Assembly: GCA_963745075.1 (NCBI GenBank)
Contig: CAVUWV010000026.1
Coordinates: 1-64,000, forward strand
Direction: 5' to 3'
Source: Candidatus Hydrogenedentota bacterium
GTDB lineage: Bacteria > Hydrogenedentota > Hydrogenedentia > Hydrogenedentales > SLHB01
DNA length: 64,000 bases
Of the stretch, positions 36,148-46,640 are shown in pieces. Positions within the stretch are counted from its first letter, which is position 1. Every line of letters starts with the position of its first letter. A program made the translations under genes and the position numbers. Below the pieces are notes generated by a model. That model was not told the origin of the DNA. It did not search any database and worked only from the letters and a program-made list of their open reading frames with translations.

Positions 36148-37884
36148 TCAGATCGCGGGGCGCTCGATGTTCATTGACTTGAGTCTTTGGTACAGCGTGT
36201 TGCGCGCAATGCCAAGAAGGCGCGCCGCCTTCGCAACATTCCAGTCGGTCTTGTCGAGTACCGCAATGATTCGTTCCCGTTCCGAAGCGCCGGAACCGCG
36301 CCCATCGGTCGGCGAGACATGGGTACCGCCACTCCCATGGGCCTTGTTCAGGATTTCCGGCGGAAGATGGCGAGGTTGAATCTGGGAGTCGTGGCAGACG
36401 ATAAAGGCGCGCTCGATGCAATTCTCCAGTTCACGCACGTTCCCCGGCCAAGGATAATTGAGTAAGACCTCCATCGTATCGGGCGCAACGCCCGTTACCT
36501 CGCGACGGATTGACCGGTTGAAGCGCCGGCAAAAGTGCTCGACCAGGAGTGGGATATCCTGCCGCCGTTCGCGGAGCGGCGGGATATGGATACGCACGAC
36601 GTTCAAGCGGTAGTACAAATCTTGGCGGAACTCCCCGGCGCGGATCTTATGCTCGAGATCCTGGTTCGTGGAGGCGATTACCCGTACATCCGTGCGAATA
36701 GGCGTAGACGACCCGACCCGTTCAAATTCGCGTTCCTGAAGCACGCGCAGCAACCGCAACTGCAAGCGGGCCGAGATATCGCCGATTTCGTCCAACAGAA
36801 TGGTCCCGCCATCCGCTGCTTCAAACCGTCCGATACGGTCTTTCACCGCGCCGGTGAACGCACCCTTCACATGCCCGAAGAGTTCACTTTCGAGGATATC
36901 TTCGGAAAGCGCCGCACAATTGACGCGGAGAAAAGGCCCCTTGCCTCGGGGACTGGCGTGGTGCAACGCGGCTGCGACGAGTTCCTTGCCGGTGCCGCTC
37001 TCGCCGCAAACCAACACCGTCGAGTCCGTTTCGGCGAGTTCGCGAATCAGCCGGAAGATTTCCTGCATTTTCGCGCTCTTACCGATCATGTTGCGGTATT
37101 GCTGGCTGTCTTCCAACTGCCGTTCGAGGCGCGTTAAGCGGGTCATGTCGCGAATCATGAGCACCGCCCCTGCGAACGTTCCGCGCTCGCTGATGAGTGG
37201 CATGGTGTTGATGACGAGAATCTTTTCGTCCTCGCCGTTCTGGAGCAGCAACCGCCGGTCGACGACCGGCTCGCGGGTTTTGAGGGTCTCTTGAAGGGCT
37301 TCCTCTGCGCGTTCGAACCCCTTACGAACGGACCCGAAGGGTTTTCCGCTGAGGGCGCAGGTCGCCAGCCCCAGAATGCGACCCGCAGCGGTGTTCACCT
37401 GGCGCACGCACATGTCCGCGTCCACGGTAATGATGCCCTCGGTTACGCTGTTGAAGATGGCCTGCAAGTCGCTGCGATACATGTCCATCTGTTTGGCGTA
37501 GTGGTCACGCTCATCGGCGATTCGCTTCTGCTCCAATGCGAGTCGCGCGACGCGCTGCAGGGCGTCCCGAGTGACGGGCTTGCCAAGGTAGTCAAAGGCA
37601 CCCAATCGAACCGCTTCGGATGCGGTCTCGACATTGGGTTCGCCCGTAATCATCACGACCGGACACTGGAGCCCCCGTTCGCGAATGGTGCGCAAGAGAT
37701 CGACGCCCGTCTTACCCGCGAGGATGATATCCGTGACGACCAAATCGAAATCGTCTGCGTCCAGATGCCCCAACGCTTCCTGATAATCGGATGCGGTCGC
37801 AACGTCGTAACCGCGCTGCGCAAGAAACTCGCTGAAGGTCAATTGGAGCACGGCTTCATCTTCTACAACCAGAATGTGCGCCAT
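36148..37884 (-). CDS. sigma54-dependent enhancer-binding response regulator (REC-PAS-AAA+-Fis HTH)
   Basis: ILVVEDE...VVTDI; PAS EGIITVD; GESGTGKE, GAFTGA, LLDEIG, WPGNVREL; AARLLGIARNTLY. Confidence 0.95.
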   Translation of the reverse strand: MAHILVVEDEAVLQLTFSEFLAQRGYDVATASDYQEALGHLDADDFDLVVTDIILAGKTGVDLLRTIRERGLQCPVVMITGEPNVETASEAVRLGAFDYLGKPVTRDALQRVARLALEQKRIADERDHYAKQMDMYRSDLQAIFNSVTEGIITVDADMCVRQVNTAAGRILGLATCALSGKPFGSVRKGFERAEEALQETLKTREPVVDRRLLLQNGEDEKILVINTMPLISERGTFAGAVLMIRDMTRLTRLERQLEDSQQYRNMIGKSAKMQEIFRLIRELAETDSTVLVCGESGTGKELVAAALHHASPRGKGPFLRVNCAALSEDILESELFGHVKGAFTGAVKDRIGRFEAADGGTILLDEIGDISARLQLRLLRVLQEREFERVGSSTPIRTDVRVIASTNQDLEHKIRAGEFRQDLYYRLNVVRIHIPPLRERRQDIPLLVEHFCRRFNRSIRREVTGVAPDTMEVLLNYPWPGNVRELENCIERAFIVCHDSQIQPRHLPPEILNKAHGSGGTHVSPTDGRGSGASERERIIAVLDKTDWNVAKAARLLGIARNTLYQRLKSMNIERPAI

Positions 37885-37896
37885 TCAACCGCCCCC

Positions 37897-39519
37897 CTAC
37901 TTCTGTTCGGCATTCGGCGCCGTCCAACCATTGTCTAACGGAAGGTCCACGTGGAACCTGGCAAACTTGCCGTGCTTACTCTCCACGGATATCTGTCCCC
38001 CATGATCTTTTACAATGCCGTCGGACACGGAAAGTCCCAATCCCGTACCGACATCCCGGCCTTTTGTCGTGAAAAACGGATCGAAAAGCCGCTCGATGTG
38101 AATTGGCGCGATCCCGCAGCCATGATCTTCTACCGTCAGCCGCAGGAATGCGTGGTCGTCGAGGTCGATGGGGCGCGCTTCGATTCGCAGTATCTTATCC
38201 GGGTCACCGTCCGGATACTTTTCATCCAACGAATGCAGGCCATTAATAATCAGATTCATGAGGACCTGCTGGAGCTGCTCGCTGCGACACTTGAGCTTAG
38301 GGAGATCCTCCGGAACGTCCACCGATAGCGTGACCATGGATTTCGCAATCTTTTTCCGGCTGAGCGAGAGCACGGCCTCCACGATGTCAATGAGGCGGGC
38401 CGGGCTATGCTTTTCCCGGTCTTGCCGCGAGAAGGTCAACAGATTCCGGACGATTCGAGCGATACGCTCGGCTTCCGACCGCACCAATTCGGCAAACTGC
38501 CGCTCTTTCGAGTCGACTGCGAGTCCCTGCATCAGGATGTCCGCGCAGTTAATGATTGCGTTCAGCGGATTGTTGATCTCGTGTCCTACGCCGGCGGCCA
38601 ATTCACCGATTGATGCCAGTTTCGACGCCTGAATGACCTTGCTTTGGGCGTCGCGTCGTTCGACCGTTTCGCCGAGGACTGCCGCAATTCCCTCGATGAG
38701 ATCGTGTTCTTCGCTTTGGAATGGTGTGGTGTCCACTGAGTCTTCGCCTACGTACGCGATTTCCACTTCCCCACGTTTTCGACCGGAAACGGTTATGTCA
38801 CAGCAGACGCGGTGGTCCGAGTCTGCTTCCGAACCGCGCACGTATGCGTTTCCGTCGAAACTGACGCGCGCACGGACAATGTCGGGGTGTTGAAAGGCCG
38901 TCCGAATGGTATCCGCCACGTCACCGCAGATCTCCGCGAACTCCCGGCCGGATCGAACCGCTTCGCCAATCCGGTACAAACAGGTGATCTGAATGTTGCG
39001 CTTGTTGAGCACCCGAAGGAGTTGATCTTTTTCCTCCTGGGCGGCCCGGCGCGCGCTGATGTCGTGCAGGATTCCCGTGAACAGGCGCCGATCCCCGATA
39101 TAGACTTCACTGACGGATAACTCGAATGGGAACATCCGGCCGCTTTTGTGCCGTCCCTCCAACTCGCGGATGGTGCCGATAATGTTTTGCCGCCCGGTCT
39201 TACGGTAGCGTTTCAGGTATTCATCGTGCTTCGGGCCATGGTCCTTCCCCATCAGGATGTTGATGTTTTTCCCGATGAGTTCGTCGGAATCGTATCCGAA
39301 CATGCGAACCGCCGCCGGATTCAGATACTCGATGAGCCCCATCTCATCGATCGTGATGATGCCATCCACGGCCGATTCGATAATCGCACGGGTCCACGCT
39401 TCCGAATCGCGCAGCAAGTCGGTGGCCGAGGGACCAAGACGAGAGGAGAGACGGGAGCTACCCCTGCCGGCGCTCACACGTTCCCCATCATCTTCGGTTC
39501 TTTCCGTTTGAACGGTCAT
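37897..39519 (-). CDS. Cytoplasmic FixL-like heme-PAS sensor histidine kinase
   Basis: PAS NINILM...KHDEYLKRYRKTGRQNIIGTIRE; GVGHEINNPL; QVLMNLIING, DHGCGI, FDPFFTTK, GTGLGL; no TM segment. Confidence 0.9.
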   Translation of the reverse strand: MTVQTERTEDDGERVSAGRGSSRLSSRLGPSATDLLRDSEAWTRAIIESAVDGIITIDEMGLIEYLNPAAVRMFGYDSDELIGKNINILMGKDHGPKHDEYLKRYRKTGRQNIIGTIRELEGRHKSGRMFPFELSVSEVYIGDRRLFTGILHDISARRAAQEEKDQLLRVLNKRNIQITCLYRIGEAVRSGREFAEICGDVADTIRTAFQHPDIVRARVSFDGNAYVRGSEADSDHRVCCDITVSGRKRGEVEIAYVGEDSVDTTPFQSEEHDLIEGIAAVLGETVERRDAQSKVIQASKLASIGELAAGVGHEINNPLNAIINCADILMQGLAVDSKERQFAELVRSEAERIARIVRNLLTFSRQDREKHSPARLIDIVEAVLSLSRKKIAKSMVTLSVDVPEDLPKLKCRSEQLQQVLMNLIINGLHSLDEKYPDGDPDKILRIEARPIDLDDHAFLRLTVEDHGCGIAPIHIERLFDPFFTTKGRDVGTGLGLSVSDGIVKDHGGQISVESKHGKFARFHVDLPLDNGWTAPNAEQK

Positions 39520-39789
39520 ATTTCTAATAAACCAACAATCTCGTTTCGAAGCGACAGTCCGCCAGTCCCGTGGTATGCATGATGCCCCCGATTGTTCGCA
39601 GTCCGGTGTTGTGTCACCAGCCTCGGCGAGACACTACGAACCGCTCATCGAGCGGGTCGCAGCATTCTCGATCCACGGAATCCAGCCACCTTGCCCCCTA
39701 TTTTAGTGGATTGAGCGAGTACCTGCAATGATGAACCCAATAAATCGACGCGCGTGCCCGGGGCAGCGTCCAGGGCTTCCCGGAAAACC

Positions 39790-41034
39790 CTAATCGGCTG
39801 GCACGATCTTGAAGACAGTCCCCGTGAAGTAACTGGCAACATACAGTTCCCCGGCCGCATCCTGGCCAAAGGAGGCGATGTATCCAAAACCATCCGGCGG
39901 GGCCATTTGTGCGGTACGATCGGCGAATTCCGAAATCGAGGTCCCATCGTACCGGAAGGTCCAGATATGGCCCATCATGTAGTCCCCGAAGAAGTACGTG
40001 CCTTGCAGTGCCGGAATCGCACTTCCACGGTACACGTACCCTCCCGTGACTGCCCGTCCGGCGCCCGGGTGGGCGTAATCGTAAATCGGCGGCACCAACC
40101 CGAAGTCGGAGCCGCAGGTTCCGGCGCCACCCCGACAAGCAAGACCCTCCGCCGCGTTCCAACCGTAGTTTTCTCCACCGGGACTGTCGGACCGTTGAAA
40201 ATCGACCTCTTCCCGGGCCTCCTGCCCGACGTCGCCGATGAACAGGTCACCCATCAACCGATCGAAACTGAACCGCCACGGGTTCCTCAACCCGTATGCC
40301 CAGATTTCGTCGCGTGCATTGGCATCATTCACGAAGGGGTTCGACGGTGGAATTCTGTATGGAATGTCCCGGGGGGCGCGGACATCGATACGCAGGATCT
40401 TACCGAGTAGCGAGTCAAGACTTTGGCCGTGGCCCAGGGGGTCCTCGGCGCCGCCTCCGTCCCCGGTTCCGATATACAAATACTTATTGGGACCGAACGC
40501 GAGCATCCCGCCGTTATGATTGGGGGCCGATTGGTGAATGGTGAGAATCAATTTACATTTCTTTCGCCTGGCCTTGTTGAGGTGCTTGCGAACCTTGAAA
40601 CGTTCGATGACGGTATCGCCGTCTTTGTTCGTATAGTTCACGTAAATCTGGCGTCTTCTCGGGTAATCGGGGTGGAACGCGAACCCCAATACGCCCTGTT
40701 CCGGCTCCGTGGCGCCCGCGCGATCCGCGAGATTCAGGTACGGCTTCGGGAGTCTGACACCGTTCTTGAAGATTATGATTCGGCGGGTCTCCCGCTCGAC
40801 GATGAGAATGCGGTCCGGGTCTCCCGGCGGGGAGCCAACAAATACCGGTTGGTCCAACCCGGTAGCAAACGTCTCGACGGCGAGGACCGGCGTTGGACTC
40901 GGGTCGCGAGACACGGCGGCATCGGTAGGGATCTCCGGCGCCACGAGCCCGGACGTGAGTAGAACCCCGGCGAGAACGAATAGACCTACCCAGGATTTGG
41001 CTATCCCGCTCACTTCGACACTCCACCTTGACAA
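39790..41034 (-). CDS. Glucose/sorbosone (PQQ-dependent sugar) dehydrogenase family protein
   Basis: EQGVLGFAFHP, NHNGGMLAFGP, LLGKILRID, AYGLRNPWR, NYGW, VTGGYVYRG, SFGQD. Confidence 0.9.
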   Translation of the reverse strand: MSRWSVEVSGIAKSWVGLFVLAGVLLTSGLVAPEIPTDAAVSRDPSPTPVLAVETFATGLDQPVFVGSPPGDPDRILIVERETRRIIIFKNGVRLPKPYLNLADRAGATEPEQGVLGFAFHPDYPRRRQIYVNYTNKDGDTVIERFKVRKHLNKARRKKCKLILTIHQSAPNHNGGMLAFGPNKYLYIGTGDGGGAEDPLGHGQSLDSLLGKILRIDVRAPRDIPYRIPPSNPFVNDANARDEIWAYGLRNPWRFSFDRLMGDLFIGDVGQEAREEVDFQRSDSPGGENYGWNAAEGLACRGGAGTCGSDFGLVPPIYDYAHPGAGRAVTGGYVYRGSAIPALQGTYFFGDYMMGHIWTFRYDGTSISEFADRTAQMAPPDGFGYIASFGQDAAGELYVASYFTGTVFKIVPAD

Positions 41035-41111
41035 GGTTCTTGTATAGGGGGACTAGCCCCTCTTGGCTCCCCTATTATACACAGCCGGGGCACGCGCCGT
41101 TGCAGGCCGGT

Positions 41112-42677
41112 TTACTCCAGGGTGCGCGCCAGCACGCGAAGGCATGTAAGGTGGTCTGGCGGAGTCTCGAACAATGCCGTACAAAGCCGTTCCAGCGCGT
41201 CGTCATCAAGCGACAGCGTCCCAACAGCGGCGCGGTGCCGGTCATCACGGCGAAAAGCCCACAGGATCTCGGCGGCGTACGCTGGCTTGCAGATCTCCTT
41301 CTTGGGCTTGCCTTTGCGAATCTGGGTAAGGGCCTTTTCAAGGCGTTCGGGAGACGATCCGGGAAAGCCGGTCGGCTGCACGGCCATGTCATGGGCCAAA
41401 TTCGTCGCAGGCGCAACCGAGAGCCGGGATAGAAGCATCCGCTCCAATTCTTCCTCGAGAATGCCGCCCAACAGAAACTCTTCCGGCGGCGTCGGGCCTC
41501 CGCTTTTCAGGAGACGAAGCATTTGTTGCGAGCGCGATGTGAACCGCTCAAATCCGGGGATCCACGCATCCAGCGTTTGTCCGACCGGATCCGGAATCGC
41601 CATTGCAACGCTCAGACCCGATTCGTGCGAAGAAAGGGTCACTTCACCGCGGTGCACCGCTTCGACCGCGCGGCGAATCGATGCGAAGTGCCGTATGGCA
41701 CTTCGATCGTATTGTGTGCCGGCTATTTCGCCCAGCAGTTCCACCCGGCGCGACGCGGAATGGTACTCTGCAAGAATCGACACTTCTCCGCCACGGGTAA
41801 ACGCTTCACAGGAATGCCGCAACAGGTTCACAAATACGGACCGAAGACGTTTCCGGTGTATCGCAATCGGGGGGATGTCGTCCTGTACTTCGCTTGCGCA
41901 TTCAATGGCAGCTCGGTCCAGTGCAGTCCGCTGCGACTCGACGACTTCCGCCAACATCACCGAGATATCGGCCGGTTCGACGCCGCGCCCGTCGTCATCG
42001 ACGAACGCAAGGGCCTTGTCGACCGAGTCCAGGATCCGTTGCCGCACTGCGGCGGGACGGGACGTTGCATCTCCGGACACGACGCGCGCGTTTCGTTCGG
42101 CCACCCGCACCGTGTCCAGCAGTTCGTCCGAAGGCGACGCGATTTCCGGTAGAACGCGAATTCCCGCGAGACGCAGATCGATACCGTCCGGCCGGCGATC
42201 GAATCGTCCCCCGCGAGTGGCCAGCGTCCAGCACGGTTCCAGAACTTCCCGGGTCATGGTGACGAATCCGCCCAGACGCCATTCCGGTAGCAATTTACCG
42301 GGGCCGTCAAAACTCAGACGGACGACGGGCACCTCGTCCTCCTCCACCACATCGAGCCGCGTAATTGCGTCGGCATCCAGCCAAATACTCTGGAGAATCG
42401 CGCGAATCGCCACGGCGACTTGTTCGCGATCCCCGCGGCAACGAACTTCTCGCACATTGCCTCGTTCCAACGACACGTCCGGCTGAGTTGCAAAGACGGG
42501 TCGCAGAACGTCTTCGAGATTGTACTCCTCCGGCGAGGATTCCCGCTGAAGCTCCACAAAGTCCCGCACCGCGCGAAGGGCGCGGTGGACTTCCTCGTCC
42601 TCTGAAGCCACACTACGCAACAGTAGGGTGCGTGCGTGGCACAGGGCGGGTTCGATCGTTTCCAGGTCAATATGCAT
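41112..42677 (-). CDS. Hypothetical protein with degenerate HATPase_c-like segments
   Basis: RLRSVFVNLLRHSCEAF...GGEV...IRRAVEAVHRGEV resembles a kinase ATPase fold without G-boxes. Confidence 0.6.
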   Translation of the reverse strand: MHIDLETIEPALCHARTLLLRSVASEDEEVHRALRAVRDFVELQRESSPEEYNLEDVLRPVFATQPDVSLERGNVREVRCRGDREQVAVAIRAILQSIWLDADAITRLDVVEEDEVPVVRLSFDGPGKLLPEWRLGGFVTMTREVLEPCWTLATRGGRFDRRPDGIDLRLAGIRVLPEIASPSDELLDTVRVAERNARVVSGDATSRPAAVRQRILDSVDKALAFVDDDGRGVEPADISVMLAEVVESQRTALDRAAIECASEVQDDIPPIAIHRKRLRSVFVNLLRHSCEAFTRGGEVSILAEYHSASRRVELLGEIAGTQYDRSAIRHFASIRRAVEAVHRGEVTLSSHESGLSVAMAIPDPVGQTLDAWIPGFERFTSRSQQMLRLLKSGGPTPPEEFLLGGILEEELERMLLSRLSVAPATNLAHDMAVQPTGFPGSSPERLEKALTQIRKGKPKKEICKPAYAAEILWAFRRDDRHRAAVGTLSLDDDALERLCTALFETPPDHLTCLRVLARTLE

Positions 42678-42809
42678 GGCAGGCGAGATCCTAGCAAAGG
42701 ACGAGGCCGTCAGGAAATATGGGGCTCCGAATTATCAACCCAATCGTACGTGTGCTAAGCTTCCAGTTAATGCACGCCCGACACCGGGCCCGTCCGAGGG
42801 GATGCCATT

Positions 42810-43946
42810 ATGTCTGATAGCGCGGCGTACTACCGATTCGAGTTCACGGATTGGCACCTCTATCGCAACGACGAGTTGTCGCTCGTGTACCGTCCGAGCG
42901 TCAGGACCCTCATCCGCCGGCTGGCTTGGAGCGCGGTCGCGGTGATGCTTATTGTTGGCCTCCACTATGGGTTCTGGGCGACCACCGATCGGCTCGCTCA
43001 GCCGGAATCATTGGAACCCGCGTATCCGGTTCCGATCCAGGAAATGGAACAAGAGACTGCGGACATCCGTAATTCGCTTCGCGATACCCCGTCCGAGGAG
43101 GAATGGCGCGACTTCGAAACCAGGGAAGCAGCCAATCGCGCTGACAACCAAGCGCAGATCGGGGCCATGCAAGACCGACGCGCGCGCATCCGCGACATTG
43201 TACGCTATTGCGTTCTCGCGGCCACTGCCCTCCTCGCCGCACTTGCGATTCTCCCGCCGCTCCTCGCCTTAACCGAGCAAATCTCCGTCGGACGCGACTT
43301 ACGCGGCAATTTCATTGTGACCCACCGTTGGTTCCTGACACGCACGCGGTCGTGTCCTCTAAGCACATTGACGCCGTTCCGGCTTACGGCGCAGCAGATG
43401 GGGCAGCAGGGAGGGCCTGGAAGTTCCCGCCAATCCGGTTACCGTTGGATTGTCTCGACCGTGAGTGACCCATCGCACGGAGGATCGGGAGTAAACTTTG
43501 CGTTCCACATCGACCACGGAATGACCCGGCCAGACCCAGCGGCTCCCCTTCCAGGTCGCGTTGCGACGTTCGTGGAAGGCATGCGGCGCCTGACCGGAAT
43601 CCCCCACAACGAGCCAATCGTGTTGGACTCCCCTCTCATTGAGCGATCGCCGTTCAGGATTCAAACGGGCGTGCACATCAGTCGTGGGCCCGCCGTTCGC
43701 ACGCAAACGTTCTCAAACCTCGATGAGATTCCACCGGAACTTCGCTCCGAAATCGACGCCATGATGGGAGCAAGCGAACGCAAGGGGAATCCCCACGTTG
43801 AACATCGCGTGTTCCGAAGTCAACATATTACCGTGAAGGACGCCGATGGCAACGTGCGCACGTACACGTCGCCGGACGAGATGCCCGCCGAGTTGCGGGC
43901 CGTCTACGAAGATGCCAAGCGACAATACGAATCCGATCGGCAATAG
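42810..43946 (+). CDS. Hypothetical membrane protein (2 TM)
   Basis: 378-aa ORF with GAGGGG RBS; two hydrophobic segments; repeated LDEIPPELR / PDEMPAELR at the C-terminus. Confidence 0.65.
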   Translation: MSDSAAYYRFEFTDWHLYRNDELSLVYRPSVRTLIRRLAWSAVAVMLIVGLHYGFWATTDRLAQPESLEPAYPVPIQEMEQETADIRNSLRDTPSEEEWRDFETREAANRADNQAQIGAMQDRRARIRDIVRYCVLAATALLAALAILPPLLALTEQISVGRDLRGNFIVTHRWFLTRTRSCPLSTLTPFRLTAQQMGQQGGPGSSRQSGYRWIVSTVSDPSHGGSGVNFAFHIDHGMTRPDPAAPLPGRVATFVEGMRRLTGIPHNEPIVLDSPLIERSPFRIQTGVHISRGPAVRTQTFSNLDEIPPELRSEIDAMMGASERKGNPHVEHRVFRSQHITVKDADGNVRTYTSPDEMPAELRAVYEDAKRQYESDRQ

Positions 43947-43967
43947 AATAAAGATCAGTGGAGGGAA

Positions 43968-45101
43968 ATGACCATGGAGTTGTACGGGAAGAGTTATTCG
44001 GTTCGCGAGTTGCGCAAACGCGCGGGAAACATGGATCAGATTGCCGGGATACGGACGGTGCAGTTGAATGACGGCAATGAACGTCCATCGCGCGCAGCCA
44101 TCATTCACACGGGAAGCGGGCTTGAACTCACCGTGTTGCTTGACCGCTGCCTCGACATCGCGTCGGCAAGCTTTCAGGGGAAAGCCATGGGCTGGCGCTC
44201 CACCACGGGCGACGTGGCGCCGTCGTACTATGAAGCCGAGTGGCTCCGCTGGTTGCGCAGCTACTTCGGCGGCCTGGTCACCACTTGCGGACTGATGAAC
44301 GTCGGCGCCCCCACGGAGGATAGCGGGCTTCTGGGTACGGGATTGCACGGCCGAATCGGCAACACACCCGCGCGCGACGTTTGTATCACCCAGGAATGGC
44401 GGGGCAACGACTATGTCTTGCGCGTGAGCGGAACTATGCGGGAAACGGTCGTGTTCGGTGAAAACCTGACGCTACGACGAACCGTGTCCACCAAATTGGG
44501 ATCGCGCAGCTTTACCCTTCACGACGTCGTGACCAATGAGGGGTTCAAAAAAACCAAGTACCAATTGCTCTATCACTGCAACATCGGGTGGCCCGCCGTG
44601 GACGAAGGGTCCGAACTGATTACGCCGAGCCGCCATGTTGCGCCGCGCGACGCGGAAGCCGAGGACGGCAAGACGGATTGGTGGAAGTGCGATGCGCCCA
44701 CCCACGGGTATAAAGAGAAAGTCTACTACCACGACATCGCGGGGGATCGGAAAGGAAACGCGACGGTCGCCATCGTGAACGATGGGTTTGCGTCGGGCGA
44801 CGGTTTCGGCGTATACCTGAAGTACAACACGAAAGAGCTGCCGCGCTTCGCCCAATGGAAGCAGATGGGGGAGCAAGATTACGTGGTCGGATTCGAGCCC
44901 TGCAATTGCGGCGTCGAAGGACGGCAAGTTGACGAGAAGCTAGGCTTACTCCACAGCCTGAAACCCGGGGAAAGCACGTCCGTTACCCTGGAATTTGGCG
45001 CCATCACCGACGCAAAAGAGGTCAAAGCGCTGCGTGCAGCCCGGCGGAAGGTTAAAACGAAGTTCGCGAAGCGCTATCAGGATTTCGTGAAGAAACCGTA
45101 G
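43968..45101 (+). CDS. Aldose-1-epimerase-like DUF4432 protein
   Basis: LDRCLDI, GGLVTTCGL, LHGRIGN, LLYHCNIG, QWK...YVVGFEP. Confidence 0.85.
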   Translation: MTMELYGKSYSVRELRKRAGNMDQIAGIRTVQLNDGNERPSRAAIIHTGSGLELTVLLDRCLDIASASFQGKAMGWRSTTGDVAPSYYEAEWLRWLRSYFGGLVTTCGLMNVGAPTEDSGLLGTGLHGRIGNTPARDVCITQEWRGNDYVLRVSGTMRETVVFGENLTLRRTVSTKLGSRSFTLHDVVTNEGFKKTKYQLLYHCNIGWPAVDEGSELITPSRHVAPRDAEAEDGKTDWWKCDAPTHGYKEKVYYHDIAGDRKGNATVAIVNDGFASGDGFGVYLKYNTKELPRFAQWKQMGEQDYVVGFEPCNCGVEGRQVDEKLGLLHSLKPGESTSVTLEFGAITDAKEVKALRAARRKVKTKFAKRYQDFVKKP

Positions 45102-45107
45102 CAACGT

Positions 45108-45395
45108 TCAGCGTTCGCGCTTGAAGGATTGGTTCAAGCGATACACATAGGCGAGCACTTCGGCAACGGCACGGTACAAGGCCTCGGGAATCTCCCGTTC
45201 CACGTCCAATTTGGCCAGCACGGCGACGAGGTCGGGGTCTTCGTGAATCGGGATTTCGTTTTCCTGGGCGATTTCGATGATGCGTTCGGCAAGCAAGCGG
45301 TTTCCTTTGGCCACGACGCGTGGCGCGCTGTCTTCTTGGGCGTCGTAGCGTAAGGCGACTGCCTTTCGACCGGGTTTTGCCTTCTCTTCGCTCAT
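45108..45395 (-). CDS. FlhB C-terminal-like (EscU/YscU family) small protein
   Basis: AVALRYD...APRVVAKG...AERIIEIA...IPEALYRAVAEVL. Confidence 0.93.
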   Translation of the reverse strand: MSEEKAKPGRKAVALRYDAQEDSAPRVVAKGNRLLAERIIEIAQENEIPIHEDPDLVAVLAKLDVEREIPEALYRAVAEVLAYVYRLNQSFKRER

Positions 45396-46640
45396 GCTTC
45401 CAGACTGATCCCTTCAAAACGGCGCATCAGGTTGGCGGTTTCCTGGAGACGGTCGCCATCCCAGAGCGTTGCATGGACCGTTGCACCCGGGTAACCGCAC
45501 CCTTCCAGACGGGAGGCGAGGCCGGCGGACGACTCCTCGACCGCGCGAACAACGTTAACGTCCGTAGCGCGAATCCAACACTGGCAGGCGCCGTGCACCA
45601 TATTGAGCGATATCCAGAGATCGCCGAGATTCGTTGTCGACAGATCCAGGACAATCGTCGAGTTCGCGGGATCGAAGCGGCGGCCCTTTCCCCCGCCTTC
45701 ACCGAAAATGTGAATCTGCGCTTGCCCGATTTGCGCGTTTGGATCGAAGGGCACCTCGAAAAAGTGGTAGGGCATTTCCGCCGACCGCAGGTTCTGCAGG
45801 TGTCCCGCAGCGAATCGATCGATGGTCCGATCGACGGCGTGTTCAAAATCTGCCAAACGACCGGAACGCCGCAGAAACGACGTCAACGCGTCATCCGATC
45901 GAAGACGTTGCAACTGCACGGCTATATCCTGGTCCAGTTCGCCAAGAAACACGTCGAGCTTCCCGGCGGCAATGGCGGACGCGAGGCGCGCTTCCAGCGG
46001 TTTGCCGGCGTGGTCTGCGAGCCGCTGCAGCAGCGGCGCGGAATCGACATCCGCGTCGGACGCCGCCAACCGCAAAAACGCCGCCACAGCGGAGGCATCG
46101 CGCTCGGTCAATACACCCGCATCAACCGCCTGCCGGACCACCGTCGCGATGTGCTGCAGATCGATCCCCGTCGCGCCGCGGTGCAAATAGAGGGTTAACA
46201 CCTGTCGAATCGCTTGCTCGCTCCGCGGGAGATCTCGCGGAAGCAGGTGCACGGCTTGCCGAATCACGTCGAGCCGATTCAGGGATTCCAGGAACGTCGG
46301 TCAAGATAACAGGAAGTTGCGTGGCGGGTGTTGCGCCCTGGGTGGCGGCTGTCTGCGTCGGAGGCGCCGGGGTGGGTAACGGGGTCAGGCGCAGGCGAGG
46401 CCCCGCGTCCGTACGAATGAGTTCCGCGCTGACACGGGTGCCCGGAGTCAGCTCGGCCACGGGTTCAATAGGCGATTCAGCGCCGCCAATGCGAAGCAGT
46501 AGCCCCTGCTCGTTTTCCTGAATGGTGCCCTCGGCCACCTGGCCGGGCCGGAGCGCCGCGATAATACCGGTTTGGCCGAACACGGCAACCGTGAAAGGTG
46601 CTATGGGTGGGACACCGCCGAGGCCTGCCAATTCAATCAC
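45392..46640 (-). CDS. fliK: Flagellar hook-length control protein FliK-like (apparent +1 frameshift near 46293)
   Basis: N-terminal part (46640) joins ...DVLESLNRLDVIRQAV; C-terminal LDLSTTNLGDLWI...LASRLEGCGY; abuts the flhB-like gene. Confidence 0.7.
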
